From a virus, in IMG/VR virus record IMGVR_UViG_3300031553_000001, positions 13,755 through 77,754 of that record: a stretch of DNA of 64,000 bases. One strand, 5' to 3'. A model generated the notes under the pieces. It saw only the letters and a program-made list of their open reading frames with translations. It had not been told where the DNA came from and searched no databases. Positions 25,238-34,904 of this stretch are shown in pieces. A program made the position numbers and the translations under genes. Positions within the stretch are counted from its first letter, which is position 1, and the number at the start of each line of letters is the position of its first letter.

Positions 25238-27745
25238 TTACTCATACAATAAATCCTCCAAAGTGGGCCATCTATAATGCTCTGCAAACGTTGCATCACT
25301 AGGATACCAATAATATTGATCCTTCATCTTATGCGGCGGAAGATTTGACCCTTCCAATTCCCAGTCTTCATCACATCCACTCAATTCAATAGTTCTCAAA
25401 TCTTTGTACTGTAGTGCTGATGCTTCCAACAACTTATCATTCTTGCAAGCATGAGTACCATACTCAGCACAGTACAGACATCCAGATTCAAAACAACCAG
25501 GCAAAGATTCAAATGGGGCACCCTTCTCTGGCCTATAGAACATGGGAACAGTCTGACCATGACAGCCACCTTTGGATGTGGTATACCACGGCGCAAGGCT
25601 GGAACCGCCCCCACCATCAGCATAGTATTCATAGCACAACGACATTGTCAATCCAACATCACGTGTCCTGTCCAACAAGGCATTAAGCCATTCGATGCGC
25701 ACATCTTGTTGGATCGTATACACGCCGCCTATGACATGATTGAACAGATTGTCAAAGGTGGCCACATGTGGCAGCTTTCTGGAATGCATCCGATCTACGA
25801 TTATTTGTCGGTTGTTAGCTACTTGCTCCACAAATTTGAATATGATATGATGCCCACCATATTCAGACACCAAATCACATAGCAATAGCAAATCATCTAG
25901 TGTGGTTATACCAGCTATTATGGGATTGCATTGGACGCTAATATAAATACCGCTATCAACCATCTCAGCCATATTGTCAAACATGGCTTGTAGTGGTGGC
26001 GCACCTGGGCTGAACCTACTATAGTGGTCTGGGTTTGATGTGTTGATCGACCACTGCATATAGCTGTAAGGATTTTTCAGAAGCGCATCCTGTGCCCACT
26101 CTGGGGCCAACTGTCTGGACAGGTAGAAGAATGGCAAACCAGCATCCAAGAATACTTGAGTGATCTGTTGCGTGATGTGATATGTACTCTCTAATGGATG
26201 GAATGGCTCGCTGAAAGATGTAATGTATCCAGCTCCAGAAACCATCAGATTGTCAATGCGCTTGCGAAAAGCGGCAGGATAGTCAGGATTGACCGTAGGT
26301 AGGCCAGTAGCTCTATAGCCCCGCGTGCCATTATTGATATAGCAATTATGAACCAGTAAGCCATTAGCATAGAAATTCTCAACAGTGGTTTGGATGTCCC
26401 ATACATCTAATGGCTCATCCACACGCTCCATACTCGTCAATTCAGTATACCTAGCGCTTGCAGCTTCTGCATGTTCCATAACTCCAATATGATCCCATCC
26501 ACGGCAAAGGATGTCTGGAATCTCTGGAACCGCGCCTGATCCTCTTCTGGAAAATACCCCTTCACTTCGACAATTTTCAACAGACTGCCTTGTGAATCGT
26601 ACAGATGGAAATCTGGAAGATATACTTCCTTTGAATCCTCCAGAGAATACACCGCCTCCTCGAATATCCAAATGATGTTGTTCGCATCTAGCCATTGCGC
26701 AGTTAGCCACTCCCATTCTGAGCGAAAAGTTATCTTGCAGCCAGATTTCATTGTGTATGGCTTGCGCTTGCTGGTTTTGTAGCCCATCCCGCCGCTGGCT
26801 ATTCTCAAGGCCATATCCTCCCGCCATTTCAATGACCTGGTACATCCTAGAGAATTCTTGTTGCTCCTCAATGTTAATCCTCTTTTGCGCCTTAACTCCT
26901 TGGATTGTGGCTTGCCCTTCAATGGGGATGGTCTGCCTTTGCTTTTGCGTCCCTGCTCCGCACGATGTAGCTGTAGACATGCATCGCATAGCTTCCGATT
27001 GCGTTGGCCTGTAGGTTTGCCACATCGTTCGCACATCTTGGCTGCGTTCATCACATCCGTTTGTGCGCGCCTGGTCTTGTTGGATTTGGCTACGCTTCTC
27101 ACCTTGCGGATATAACGGCACTTGGCACAGTACTTTTTCCATTGCGTTGGATTCTCTATGTTGGCACCGCAATCCAAGCAGTGTTTGTACATGATCTCCC
27201 TCCCTCAATTGATCCACCCTAGCCCATCCAGCATTATCTGTCAGAATTGGGTGATCTCCAGTCACTTTCAAGACATGCCCATCCGCAGTATTCAGTATGT
27301 AGTAGCTCTCCACCTGACGCTTGGATACCGCCAGCACCTCTGAGTCACATAATCCAACCTCAACACGACCATACACCACATCACCCACTAGCAGATTATC
27401 AATGCGTACATCACCATCAGGCGTGGCCACTAGGGCGTCCCCACTAACACAGTGCGCACAATTTATGGGGCAAAACCCACCGTATGGGGTGGTGAGGGTT
27501 GCCTCTGTGGAACAAGGTCTTGGCCTTTTTCTCTTTGGCTCGTGTTTGGATTTATACCATCCTCGTGGATTTGGAGCAGATTTATTGATGATATGCTTCA
27601 TTGGATCGGTATAGACATTGAATGGTTTCGTCTTGCCACCTCTGACCATTGCCAATGGGATTGTCAAATAATGGCCGCGTTCGTCTGTTCCCTGCCCCGT
27701 TGGTTCATGCAACTTATGAAATTCCTGCCGATCTTCGTCTACCAT
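25238..27745 (-). CDS. Radical SAM enzyme (hypermodification-associated) containing an intein; mature protein about 466 aa
   Basis: PYGGFCPINCAH-[intein]-CYIN rebuilds CxxxCxxC; SFSEPF, SINT and NPIIAG motifs. Confidence 0.85.
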   Translation of the reverse strand: MVDEDRQEFHKLHEPTGQGTDERGHYLTIPLAMVRGGKTKPFNVYTDPMKHIINKSAPNPRGWYKSKHEPKRKRPRPCSTEATLTTPYGGFCPINCAHCVSGDALVATPDGDVRIDNLLVGDVVYGRVEVGLCDSEVLAVSKRQVESYYILNTADGHVLKVTGDHPILTDNAGWARVDQLREGDHVQTLLGLRCQHRESNAMEKVLCQVPLYPQGEKRSQIQQDQARTNGCDERSQDVRTMWQTYRPTQSEAMRCMSTATSCGAGTQKQRQTIPIEGQATIQGVKAQKRINIEEQQEFSRMYQVIEMAGGYGLENSQRRDGLQNQQAQAIHNEIWLQDNFSLRMGVANCAMARCEQHHLDIRGGGVFSGGFKGSISSRFPSVRFTRQSVENCRSEGVFSRRGSGAVPEIPDILCRGWDHIGVMEHAEAASARYTELTSMERVDEPLDVWDIQTTVENFYANGLLVHNCYINNGTRGYRATGLPTVNPDYPAAFRKRIDNLMVSGAGYITSFSEPFHPLESTYHITQQITQVFLDAGLPFFYLSRQLAPEWAQDALLKNPYSYMQWSINTSNPDHYSRFSPGAPPLQAMFDNMAEMVDSGIYISVQCNPIIAGITTLDDLLLLCDLVSEYGGHHIIFKFVEQVANNRQIIVDRMHSRKLPHVATFDNLFNHVIGGVYTIQQDVRIEWLNALLDRTRDVGLTMSLCYEYYADGGGGSSLAPWYTTSKGGCHGQTVPMFYRPEKGAPFESLPGCFESGCLYCAEYGTHACKNDKLLEASALQYKDLRTIELSGCDEDWELEGSNLPPHKMKDQYYWYPSDATFAEHYRWPTLEDLLYE
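26345..27451 (-). mobile_element. Intein (369 aa) inserted before the third Cys of the radical SAM motif
   Basis: Block A CVSGDALV, block B LKVTGDHPILT, blocks F/G VWDIQTTVENFYANGLLVHN followed by Cys. Confidence 0.93.
26437..27192 (-). CDS. Putative homing endonuclease nested out of frame inside the intein
   Basis: Own RBS (GAGGGAGG); four CxxC pairs; NUMOD3-like basic segment; PD-(D/E)XK core FRSEWE...YLPDF...IVEVKGY. Confidence 0.85.
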   Translation of the reverse strand: MYKHCLDCGANIENPTQWKKYCAKCRYIRKVRSVAKSNKTRRAQTDVMNAAKMCERCGKPTGQRNRKLCDACLQLHRAEQGRKSKGRPSPLKGKPQSKELRRKRGLTLRSNKNSLGCTRSLKWREDMALRIASGGMGYKTSKRKPYTMKSGCKITFRSEWEWLTAQWLDANNIIWIFEEAVYSLEDSKEVYLPDFHLYDSQGSLLKIVEVKGYFPEEDQARFQRFQTSFAVDGIILELWNMQKLQALGILN

Positions 27746-28082
27746 CTTGCGTCTCCTATCAGTTCCGAATCCGGTGACCGATTCTAAAACTCACTTCAAA
27801 ACCAAGGGTTCCTTGGGGCCATTTCCAAGGCATTTCTTGGGCGCTTCCCGTTTGTGACCCTATATACGCCAATCCGCAAAAACAAGGAGTTTTTTGGCAA
27901 AACTGGGATGAAACCGCCCTATTTGGCCTTAGAGCTTTCTCCCTGTAAATTTCAATATTTTGTATGGATATGAGTCTCTAGCTATATGGGGAACTTCATC
28001 ATCGTTATACAGGTGACTAGCCTTCTCTTTATCTGTCAGAGCATAACGTGGCCCCGCTATAATTCTAATCAAGACCTTGCAT

Positions 28083-28880
28083 TCACTCATCAGGATACAC
28101 CGGCATGAACTTTATCAATTCCTCAGCCAAGTCACCCCAGCCACTCAGACCTTTGGTAACGTGAATGGTGTCGTTGCCCATCGGGTAAAATCCGTAACAA
28201 TGGGCTTTATATTTACACAAAATCGTTTCCACTTCTTGGATGTTCACTGGTCTGTCATCCCAGGGAGGAGCAAGTTTATTGTCAAACTCACCCACCATCC
28301 TGTCACAAGTGACATGTAACTGATCCATCGTTATGGGATAATGCTTGTCGCCATAATCGATCCAGGCTGCGCCTTGGACAGGATCTTTATAGATTCCTAT
28401 CTCACTGTCCGTAAAATCCACTGGATAGCTGAGAACCCGCTCCGCCATATCAGCTATCTTCCACCCCATCCAAGGCCCAAAACCTTTGTATTTCACCACA
28501 TTGTCAAAAACCTCCTTAAATCTGTAATGAGCGCACATATCATCTACTATCCGCTCTGGCTCACCAGCATCTTCCAATCCATTTACCAAATCAAGCGCAG
28601 ATTTGCCATAGAAATACCTGCGTTCCATTCCTCTGGGCCATTTCTCCGCTAAACCCAATCGCATAGATTTATAGAAATGCGATGATTCAGCTATGCGCGC
28701 AGCCACACCACAAGAATAATAACACCAATAAGCCAACAAAAATCTTTCAAACATTTTTCCATGTAACACGCCAGCCATCTCAGCATCCACCAGCATTACG
28801 TATACTGGATCCAGATCGCCTGTGTCAAGAAGATCATTACCAAAATCCTGATAGGACATATCTATTTTTGGCTGTCTCAT
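28083..28880 (-). CDS. Amino acid:DNA transferase (aGPT-Pplase/ADDT, HhH-glycosylase fold)
   Basis: DLDPVY, LLAYWCYY, WPRGMERR, FGPWMGWKIADM-x-ERV, APP...R-x2-NIQEVETILCKYK. Confidence 0.8.
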   Translation of the reverse strand: MRQPKIDMSYQDFGNDLLDTGDLDPVYVMLVDAEMAGVLHGKMFERFLLAYWCYYSCGVAARIAESSHFYKSMRLGLAEKWPRGMERRYFYGKSALDLVNGLEDAGEPERIVDDMCAHYRFKEVFDNVVKYKGFGPWMGWKIADMAERVLSYPVDFTDSEIGIYKDPVQGAAWIDYGDKHYPITMDQLHVTCDRMVGEFDNKLAPPWDDRPVNIQEVETILCKYKAHCYGFYPMGNDTIHVTKGLSGWGDLAEELIKFMPVYPDE

Positions 28881-30040
28881 GATTCCTCACAAGCATGTAT
28901 GATTCTAGCATCAGCAATTTCAAAATACTCTTCTTCAATCTCAATACCAATGAAATCTCGATCAGTATGAATACAAGCTATACCTGTTGTGCCACTACCC
29001 ATAAATGGATCGAGAACGGTGCCGCCGGTGGGCGTCTTGGTTAGCTTGCAAAGGTATTCCATCAAGGCAATAGGTTTGACTGTCGGATGATAGTTCTGAT
29101 GGGCACTTGGATGATACTCACTCCATCCTACCTTCCCTGTATCAGGATCAGCTCTGCGGATTAATTTACTCGTATTCTTCTCAAATCCTTGTCTCTTTTC
29201 CATCCCATCCAGCCCCTCGTTGCGTTCATTTTCGTTGGCCTTGGGACAGTAGAAGTATCGAGCCTTGGCATCGCCAACCTGCTCATCCAATAGCGCGCCA
29301 GCCTCCTCATCGAGGATCAGGTTGGCGGGCCAGCGCCCCAATCCGGCATCCACAAATTCAATATGTTTTCCCACCTCATTTGCCCCACCACTACCGGAGA
29401 AACTAAATGAACCGTGTAGCTTCTGCAGCTTGTCTTTCGTTGGTATCCTCCCTCCGTCGATCCACAGCCCAGCCACGCCCCACTTGAGCGCATTATGTGC
29501 AAACGTGCCGTCACGCGGCTTCATTGCCAGGATTATAGGCTCCCAGGCAGGCTTTAGGCCAGTGCCCCAGCCATCCCAGAGTTTGGCGGCTTCGGTGGTG
29601 GGATGATACTTGTAACCATAATCAGAACGAAACTTCTTCTCCCTAGGCTCATAATCCCCACCTGCATAATTTGCGCCTTGCGATTGTATGCCCAATTTCC
29701 CCGCCGCCTTGTCGATGGCCTTGCTGATATTATGAGATTTCGGAAAGCCCGAACCATACAACCACATCAGACAATCACGGATCACCCAGCCCGCATCTTC
29801 TATCGCACACATTAGTCGATGGTGGGTGCGCGTGCCCCCAAATGCTAGCAGCATCGCCCCTGGCTTGGCTACTCTCAATGCAGCTTTCCAAAATACTACT
29901 CCAGGCACGCCGTGATCCCACTCCCTGCCCATAAATTTGAGGCCATACGGTGGATCCGTGATGACCGTGTCCGCACTATTCTCATCCAACATAGCCATCA
30001 CGTCCAAACAATCACCACAATACAGCGTTGCTTGAGTCAT
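28877..30040 (-). CDS. DNA N6-adenine/N4-cytosine methyltransferase (beta class)
   Basis: TDPPY, HPTVKP, LDPFMGSGTTG. Confidence 0.93.
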   Translation of the reverse strand: MTQATLYCGDCLDVMAMLDENSADTVITDPPYGLKFMGREWDHGVPGVVFWKAALRVAKPGAMLLAFGGTRTHHRLMCAIEDAGWVIRDCLMWLYGSGFPKSHNISKAIDKAAGKLGIQSQGANYAGGDYEPREKKFRSDYGYKYHPTTEAAKLWDGWGTGLKPAWEPIILAMKPRDGTFAHNALKWGVAGLWIDGGRIPTKDKLQKLHGSFSFSGSGGANEVGKHIEFVDAGLGRWPANLILDEEAGALLDEQVGDAKARYFYCPKANENERNEGLDGMEKRQGFEKNTSKLIRRADPDTGKVGWSEYHPSAHQNYHPTVKPIALMEYLCKLTKTPTGGTVLDPFMGSGTTGIACIHTDRDFIGIEIEEEYFEIADARIIHACEES

Positions 30041-30888
30041 ACATCCTCACAAGCGTGTATGATTCTGGCATCTGCGATCTCATAATACTCTTTATCAATC
30101 TCTATGCCAATGAAATTGCAGTCATTTTGCAATGCCGCCAAACCCATAGTCCCAGATCCACTGAATGGATCGAGAACTGTACCGCCTGGTGGACAAATGT
30201 ACCGTGTCCACCAATCAGCGAGCTTGAGTGGCGTACCAGCACCATGACCGTGTGCACCTGCACTAGATCGGCTATTAGAATTTGCAAATGGAAGCAGATT
30301 GTAAGGAGTCACTCCACCACGCCTCTGAGCAGCAGCCATCATACTAGACCGTTTTACACTGTGACCGGATGGGCTAGTAATATGTGTTGCCATTTCACCA
30401 GACACCCTAGCCCTGGCATAATGTAATTTGCTTGCTTCTGCCTCAGTCCATAATACGGCATCTTGGTTCCTACAACATTTGGAATTCCCTGCCCACACAC
30501 ACGCCTTGAGGCTCGGCCGCATGAGACCATGAGATGGTGCGCCTCCCAATGGCAACGTGGTAATATTCCACCACCATACATCCTGTACCATATTCCACTC
30601 ACGACAAACCCAGGCCATAAACTCCCACAACCAGCCACGTAGTTGTCCTACATGTTTAGAATTTGGCTGCAAGATAAATACTGCACTACCAGTCGGCTTG
30701 AGTATACGCCGTATCTCAGGTATTACACCCTCAACAATAAGCGCCCACCACTGATCCGCAGTCCAGTAGCCATAAGACCGTTTGATGTAGGGATAAGGCG
30801 GATCAGTGATCACCACATCCACGCTCTCTGCATCTAATAATGGCAAAATGTCTAGACAGTCACCACAATACAGCGTTGCTTGAGTCAC
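30037..30888 (-). CDS. Second DNA N6-adenine/N4-cytosine methyltransferase (beta class)
   Basis: TDPPY, LDPFSGSGT; termini near-identical to the neighbouring gene. Confidence 0.9.
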   Translation of the reverse strand: MTQATLYCGDCLDILPLLDAESVDVVITDPPYPYIKRSYGYWTADQWWALIVEGVIPEIRRILKPTGSAVFILQPNSKHVGQLRGWLWEFMAWVCREWNMVQDVWWWNITTLPLGGAPSHGLMRPSLKACVWAGNSKCCRNQDAVLWTEAEASKLHYARARVSGEMATHITSPSGHSVKRSSMMAAAQRRGGVTPYNLLPFANSNSRSSAGAHGHGAGTPLKLADWWTRYICPPGGTVLDPFSGSGTMGLAALQNDCNFIGIEIDKEYYEIADARIIHACEDV

Positions 30889-31874
30889 AGCAGGTCTTCC
30901 CCTTCCATCAGATCGTCAATCAAATTGCATATCTCATCATACTCATCATCGAAGATGGCAGGCCAACCATTCTTACGGAACCGCTGCCCAGCAAACTCAT
31001 ACCAACCACCAGAGATTGTCAATGCCTTGGCTAATCTCAAATACTCTAACGCAGCCTCAGCTTCATCCACACCATGACCAAAATAAATTGGTAGGGACAC
31101 GGTACGGAATGGTGGCGCAATTTTGTTCTTGGTGATAGTGGCCTTGGCATAGATACCTATCACACGCTTGTCACCGCGTTTTATCTTCTGGCCCACTTTT
31201 AACATAACTCTAATACTACTGTGAAACCCTACCGCCTTACCGCCAAACGTGGTGACCTTGCTTCCAAACATCACGCCTATGTTCTCCTTGGCCTGGTTGA
31301 TTAACAACACTGCTACATTTTCCTTGGATATAAGCCGTGTCAGCCGTCTCAACCCCTGACTGATAACCCTGGCGTGTGTCAAATATCCCACCTCGCCAGT
31401 CTCTTTGTCCATCTCAGCAGTACTGGACGTGGCCGCCACGCTATCCCACACAATTAGCAAGTCATAATCCGCTTTGGACTTTATGGCCACCTCCATAGTC
31501 TTGAAAACCTGCTCTACTGTATCTGGAGCAGTATACACCAGATTGTCAATATCCACCCCAACAGCTTCCATGATAGGCAGTGACACGGCTGTCTCTGTAT
31601 CAATATACAACGCCACACCACCCTCATCCTGGATAGTGGCGCAGGCTTGGGCTGCTATGAGCGATTTTCCAGTAGATGTATCACCATAGATTTCCACCAC
31701 TCTGCCCAATGGCAAACCACCACCCATGGCCGCATCCAGAAGGTAACATCCCGTAGACAAGAATCCAGTCACCACGCACGGTGATGAGTCATCTGACAGC
31801 CGTGATACCGATGTCGATGCTTGCTTGGCTATATTGTCAATCAGCGTCTGTATAGTCCCTTTGTCGTTTGGCAT
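30885..31874 (-). CDS. recA: RecA/UvsX recombinase
   Basis: GGLPLGRVVEIYGDTSTGKS, YIDTE, WDSVAA, INQ, GGKAVGFHSS, KNKIAPPF. Confidence 0.95.
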   Translation of the reverse strand: MPNDKGTIQTLIDNIAKQASTSVSRLSDDSSPCVVTGFLSTGCYLLDAAMGGGLPLGRVVEIYGDTSTGKSLIAAQACATIQDEGGVALYIDTETAVSLPIMEAVGVDIDNLVYTAPDTVEQVFKTMEVAIKSKADYDLLIVWDSVAATSSTAEMDKETGEVGYLTHARVISQGLRRLTRLISKENVAVLLINQAKENIGVMFGSKVTTFGGKAVGFHSSIRVMLKVGQKIKRGDKRVIGIYAKATITKNKIAPPFRTVSLPIYFGHGVDEAEAALEYLRLAKALTISGGWYEFAGQRFRKNGWPAIFDDEYDEICNLIDDLMEGEDLL

Positions 31875-32022
31875 ACTCTATTTTGGCCTTCCAACTAGCA
31901 TACTTTGGATACAACGGGCACGCCGGACTATTGGGATTACAACCACCAACCACCGGACAGTTTAGACACTCCAAATCTATGTTATATTTATGGGCAGCTA
32001 TCTTTGATCGTTGTCTAGTCAT
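31837..32022 (-). CDS. 61-aa Cys-rich peptide (ECLNCPVVGGCNPNSPACP)
   Basis: Start revised to ATG 32022, 1 nt after the rSAM-SPASM stop. Confidence 0.55.
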   Translation of the reverse strand: MTRQRSKIAAHKYNIDLECLNCPVVGGCNPNSPACPLYPKYASWKAKIEYAKRQRDYTDAD

Positions 32023-32023
32023 A

Positions 32024-33187
32024 TCAGATATGGCGAGCAACAGGACACAACGGATCTGGCGCATCCACATACAAATCCTTGATAGTAGACGTTGGCCGCA
32101 TTCCTGACAGCTTCAAAGCATGCATACGCTGCGCTGGACAACCGGATTTGCAAGATGCCTGATATTTACATGATGCGCACGCACCTTGTATATCGCGCCA
32201 TCCGCCCTCGTGGTATTTTCTCAATGCCAAAAACACTTCGCCATTTTCCCAAATCTCCTGGAGCGATTTGTCCCGCACATTGTCGGTCTCTGGCAACGTC
32301 TTCCACGCTGCGCATGGGTGAACGTCCCCGTGCGGCCTCACCAGAATAAGGTCTGTTCCAGCGTGACACGGATGCATCTTTTCAGGATACTTGGGAAATA
32401 CCGTATGACGAAAGTCAATTGGGCAACCAGCACGCAGCTCCACACGTGGATTATTTATAGTGATGAGATTGTCAATAGTGTATTGCAGCTCTGTAAATTC
32501 AGCCGCGTTGAGCGCCAACTGTCGATTGTTAGCATATCCTCTAGTCTGAGGAACAAACCGCAGCAGGCTCAATTTGGACACACCCATAGCCGAACACATG
32601 CCATACATATTTGCCACATGATGCCAATTAGGTAACATCGGAACCATATGTACTTCCACCTTGAATCCAGCTCTGATGGTGTTGCCAATACCCCACACGA
32701 TGGCGTCATATGCTCCAGGAGTGCCCATCAAATAGTCATTTACAGTACGCAGGTGGCTCTCCAATGAGTATATGAACGTCAATTTGTCCATCGCACCAGG
32801 AATGTGCTTGAATACATTGAGATAGCCATCATACATCCCATTACATCCAACATCAATATTAGACCAATGCCCAGCAAACATATCCTGCCAGGAAATAGGC
32901 TTAAACTGTGCATGAATACCAGTGGTATAGAACAACACCCTCTCAAATCCATATCTGATAGCATAATCCACTACGTCATAGACATTTTTCACAAGGATGG
33001 GATCACCACCAGACAGACTGAGAACTGTCGCGCCCAAATCTCTGGCCTCCCGGATCAGCCTAAATATCTCATCCATGGTCAACTCATCTGGAAGGAACGT
33101 CTTGTTGGAACCAGATGAGCAATGCAAGCATTTCAACAGACATCTATTAGATAACTCGATGGACAGTTCCTCTAGCTGGTATTTCAT
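32024..33187 (-). CDS. Radical SAM protein with SPASM domain
   Basis: CLLKCLHC, SGGDP, C-x-AG...GDVHPC...CASC-x5-C-x2-GCPA...DPLC. Confidence 0.9.
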   Translation of the reverse strand: MKYQLEELSIELSNRCLLKCLHCSSGSNKTFLPDELTMDEIFRLIREARDLGATVLSLSGGDPILVKNVYDVVDYAIRYGFERVLFYTTGIHAQFKPISWQDMFAGHWSNIDVGCNGMYDGYLNVFKHIPGAMDKLTFIYSLESHLRTVNDYLMGTPGAYDAIVWGIGNTIRAGFKVEVHMVPMLPNWHHVANMYGMCSAMGVSKLSLLRFVPQTRGYANNRQLALNAAEFTELQYTIDNLITINNPRVELRAGCPIDFRHTVFPKYPEKMHPCHAGTDLILVRPHGDVHPCAAWKTLPETDNVRDKSLQEIWENGEVFLALRKYHEGGWRDIQGACASCKYQASCKSGCPAQRMHALKLSGMRPTSTIKDLYVDAPDPLCPVARHI

Positions 33188-34035
33188 GACTGGCTACGCC
33201 TTGACCGCCTGCTGCCGCGCTTCTTGCGAATTACATCACGGATGTCACCCTCATCGTCTGGGAATGGGACATCCTTTTCATCACTGCCAGAAGTATCAAG
33301 CTGTGCAAACTCCTGATTCAGCCGGTCATATGGCAGTACAGTAACTACCACATCTGCACCGGCATCCACATCTTCAGATGGGTCATCGCTCAGCTCCATC
33401 GGGGTCAAATCAACTGCCGCTTCCAACCACTTATCCAGCAGATCCTCATCAGGCTCACCCGTTTCACGCCCACGATTATCAACTATACAGGCCAACGGTG
33501 TACGCTTGGGTCTGGCGTTGACGTCATATCTGGTTTCCAGGCCAGTCCCAGTGCGAGTTACAATGATGTCCATTCCATCATACTCGTCGTATATGTCGCC
33601 ATAATCTGGATCACCCACCAAGCCTGCCACTGCCTTGAACACCATCGCACCCGGAGTGTAAATCTGTGGCCCAGCTTCCTCATTGGAACGGTCGATGATG
33701 TTCATCCAATAACTCTTGCGACGAAGCAGCTGCGACGCCAACTCCTTGCTGTCGGCATCACCGGCATTGTACAAATCATTGACCAGCTCACAGATGGGAC
33801 AAGGCTCGCCAATAGTGAACTGCCTACACGTAAATGGCCTATTCCTGGATTTCACATAGTGCGCACCAACATCCTGCCAGAAAAAGTCACCCATCTCACC
33901 AACACCTGGCAGGATGCGAATTACATTTCTACCTGCCTTGGCTTTCCAATAGTTTCCACCTCCGCCAAAGGACTCTGCTGCCAGCTTCTTGCGTATCACG
34001 TCCAACAGCTCTTGTCGATCTTTCCTGTCTGCCAT
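33184..34035 (-). CDS. Single-stranded DNA-binding protein (gp32-like)
   Basis: NVIRILP, H...C...CPICE, YWMNIIDR, G-x-D-x-IVTRTGTGLETRY, acidic tail. Confidence 0.8.
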   Translation of the reverse strand: MADRKDRQELLDVIRKKLAAESFGGGGNYWKAKAGRNVIRILPGVGEMGDFFWQDVGAHYVKSRNRPFTCRQFTIGEPCPICELVNDLYNAGDADSKELASQLLRRKSYWMNIIDRSNEEAGPQIYTPGAMVFKAVAGLVGDPDYGDIYDEYDGMDIIVTRTGTGLETRYDVNARPKRTPLACIVDNRGRETGEPDEDLLDKWLEAAVDLTPMELSDDPSEDVDAGADVVVTVLPYDRLNQEFAQLDTSGSDEKDVPFPDDEGDIRDVIRKKRGSRRSRRSQS

Positions 34036-34068
34036 TGTGCATATCCTCCCTATCAGATTATCAATCCA

Positions 34069-34085
34069 CTACTATAGTAAACTTG
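34069..34085 (-). promoter_or_regulatory. Promoter-like motif copy 4, upstream of the SSB gene
   Basis: CAAGTTTACTATAGTAG, then ATTGATAAT, then GGGAGG RBS. Confidence 0.7.
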
Positions 34086-34088
34086 CTG

Positions 34089-34550
34089 CTAACCACGTCT
34101 TCCACTTTCCATATCAGTCATATCATACTCGTGGCGCAGCTGTGCACCCATAGATTGTAGCATACTGGCACGCTGTTCAAATGCTCTGGATAAATCTCGA
34201 AGCGTGTGAAACTTGTGCAATGCTACATCCTCTTCCTCACGCGCAACGCTCACCTCCTCATCTATATCCACTAGCTTGGCAGCAGTCCCATCACTCACAG
34301 ATCGGCTGCCATCAGGGATGGATTCTTTGTCATTCTTGTAGAACATATAGGCACTGGCCTCAGACTCTTTACGTTGCCGTACACAATCCAACCAGGCCAA
34401 CTCCGCTGACGATGTCATGGTGGCAAAGTATGCGTACCTAGCCGCCTGCGCTGCGAACTCATTAGGTAGATCAGCCTGATCCACCTCCAACAATTCCTTA
34501 ACTGACAGATCCTTGTCAGCTACTTTCACATTTACATCAAGATTTAACAT
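34089..34550 (-). CDS. UvsY-like recombination mediator (putative)
   Basis: All-helical 153 aa with L-x2-EF-x2-Q...AFEQR-x2-ML; next to SSB. Confidence 0.55.
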   Translation of the reverse strand: MLNLDVNVKVADKDLSVKELLEVDQADLPNEFAAQAARYAYFATMTSSAELAWLDCVRQRKESEASAYMFYKNDKESIPDGSRSVSDGTAAKLVDIDEEVSVAREEEDVALHKFHTLRDLSRAFEQRASMLQSMGAQLRHEYDMTDMESGRRG

Positions 34551-34551
34551 T

Positions 34552-34896
34552 TTATGGCCATCCTTTCTCTAGTCTTTCCAATTCACGATCCTGCTCTTCA
34601 ACAGGGTATACTTTCACAGCTCTCCCAAAACGTATATACAAATTTCCCAATTCAAACACTTCCGCTTCATTAGCACCAATCATATTCAAATAGTATCTAA
34701 TTTCTTTGACAGCATTTATTACTCTTGTTGTCAAAGGTGGCTTTGCGTTTACAACATCATCCTTGTATGAGCGTAACGATGCACGCAATTTCTCACTTTC
34801 CTCCTCCCGGATAGCTTTACGCAACATATCTATCTTCTGTTGTCCCTCCTCCTCTGTTAATTCCTCTTTATCTGGAAATGTGTAATCCATTGTCAT
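34552..34896 (-). CDS. Hypothetical protein
   Basis: AAGGAG RBS; fills the gap. Confidence 0.55.
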   Translation of the reverse strand: MTMDYTFPDKEELTEEEGQQKIDMLRKAIREEESEKLRASLRSYKDDVVNAKPPLTTRVINAVKEIRYYLNMIGANEAEVFELGNLYIRFGRAVKVYPVEEQDRELERLEKGWP

Positions 34897-34904
34897 TCTC
34901 CTTT

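Noticed and set aside
27746-27930. Apparent excess of CCWWGG/TGGCCA words here and elsewhere
   Set aside because: Impression only; not counted against a null model
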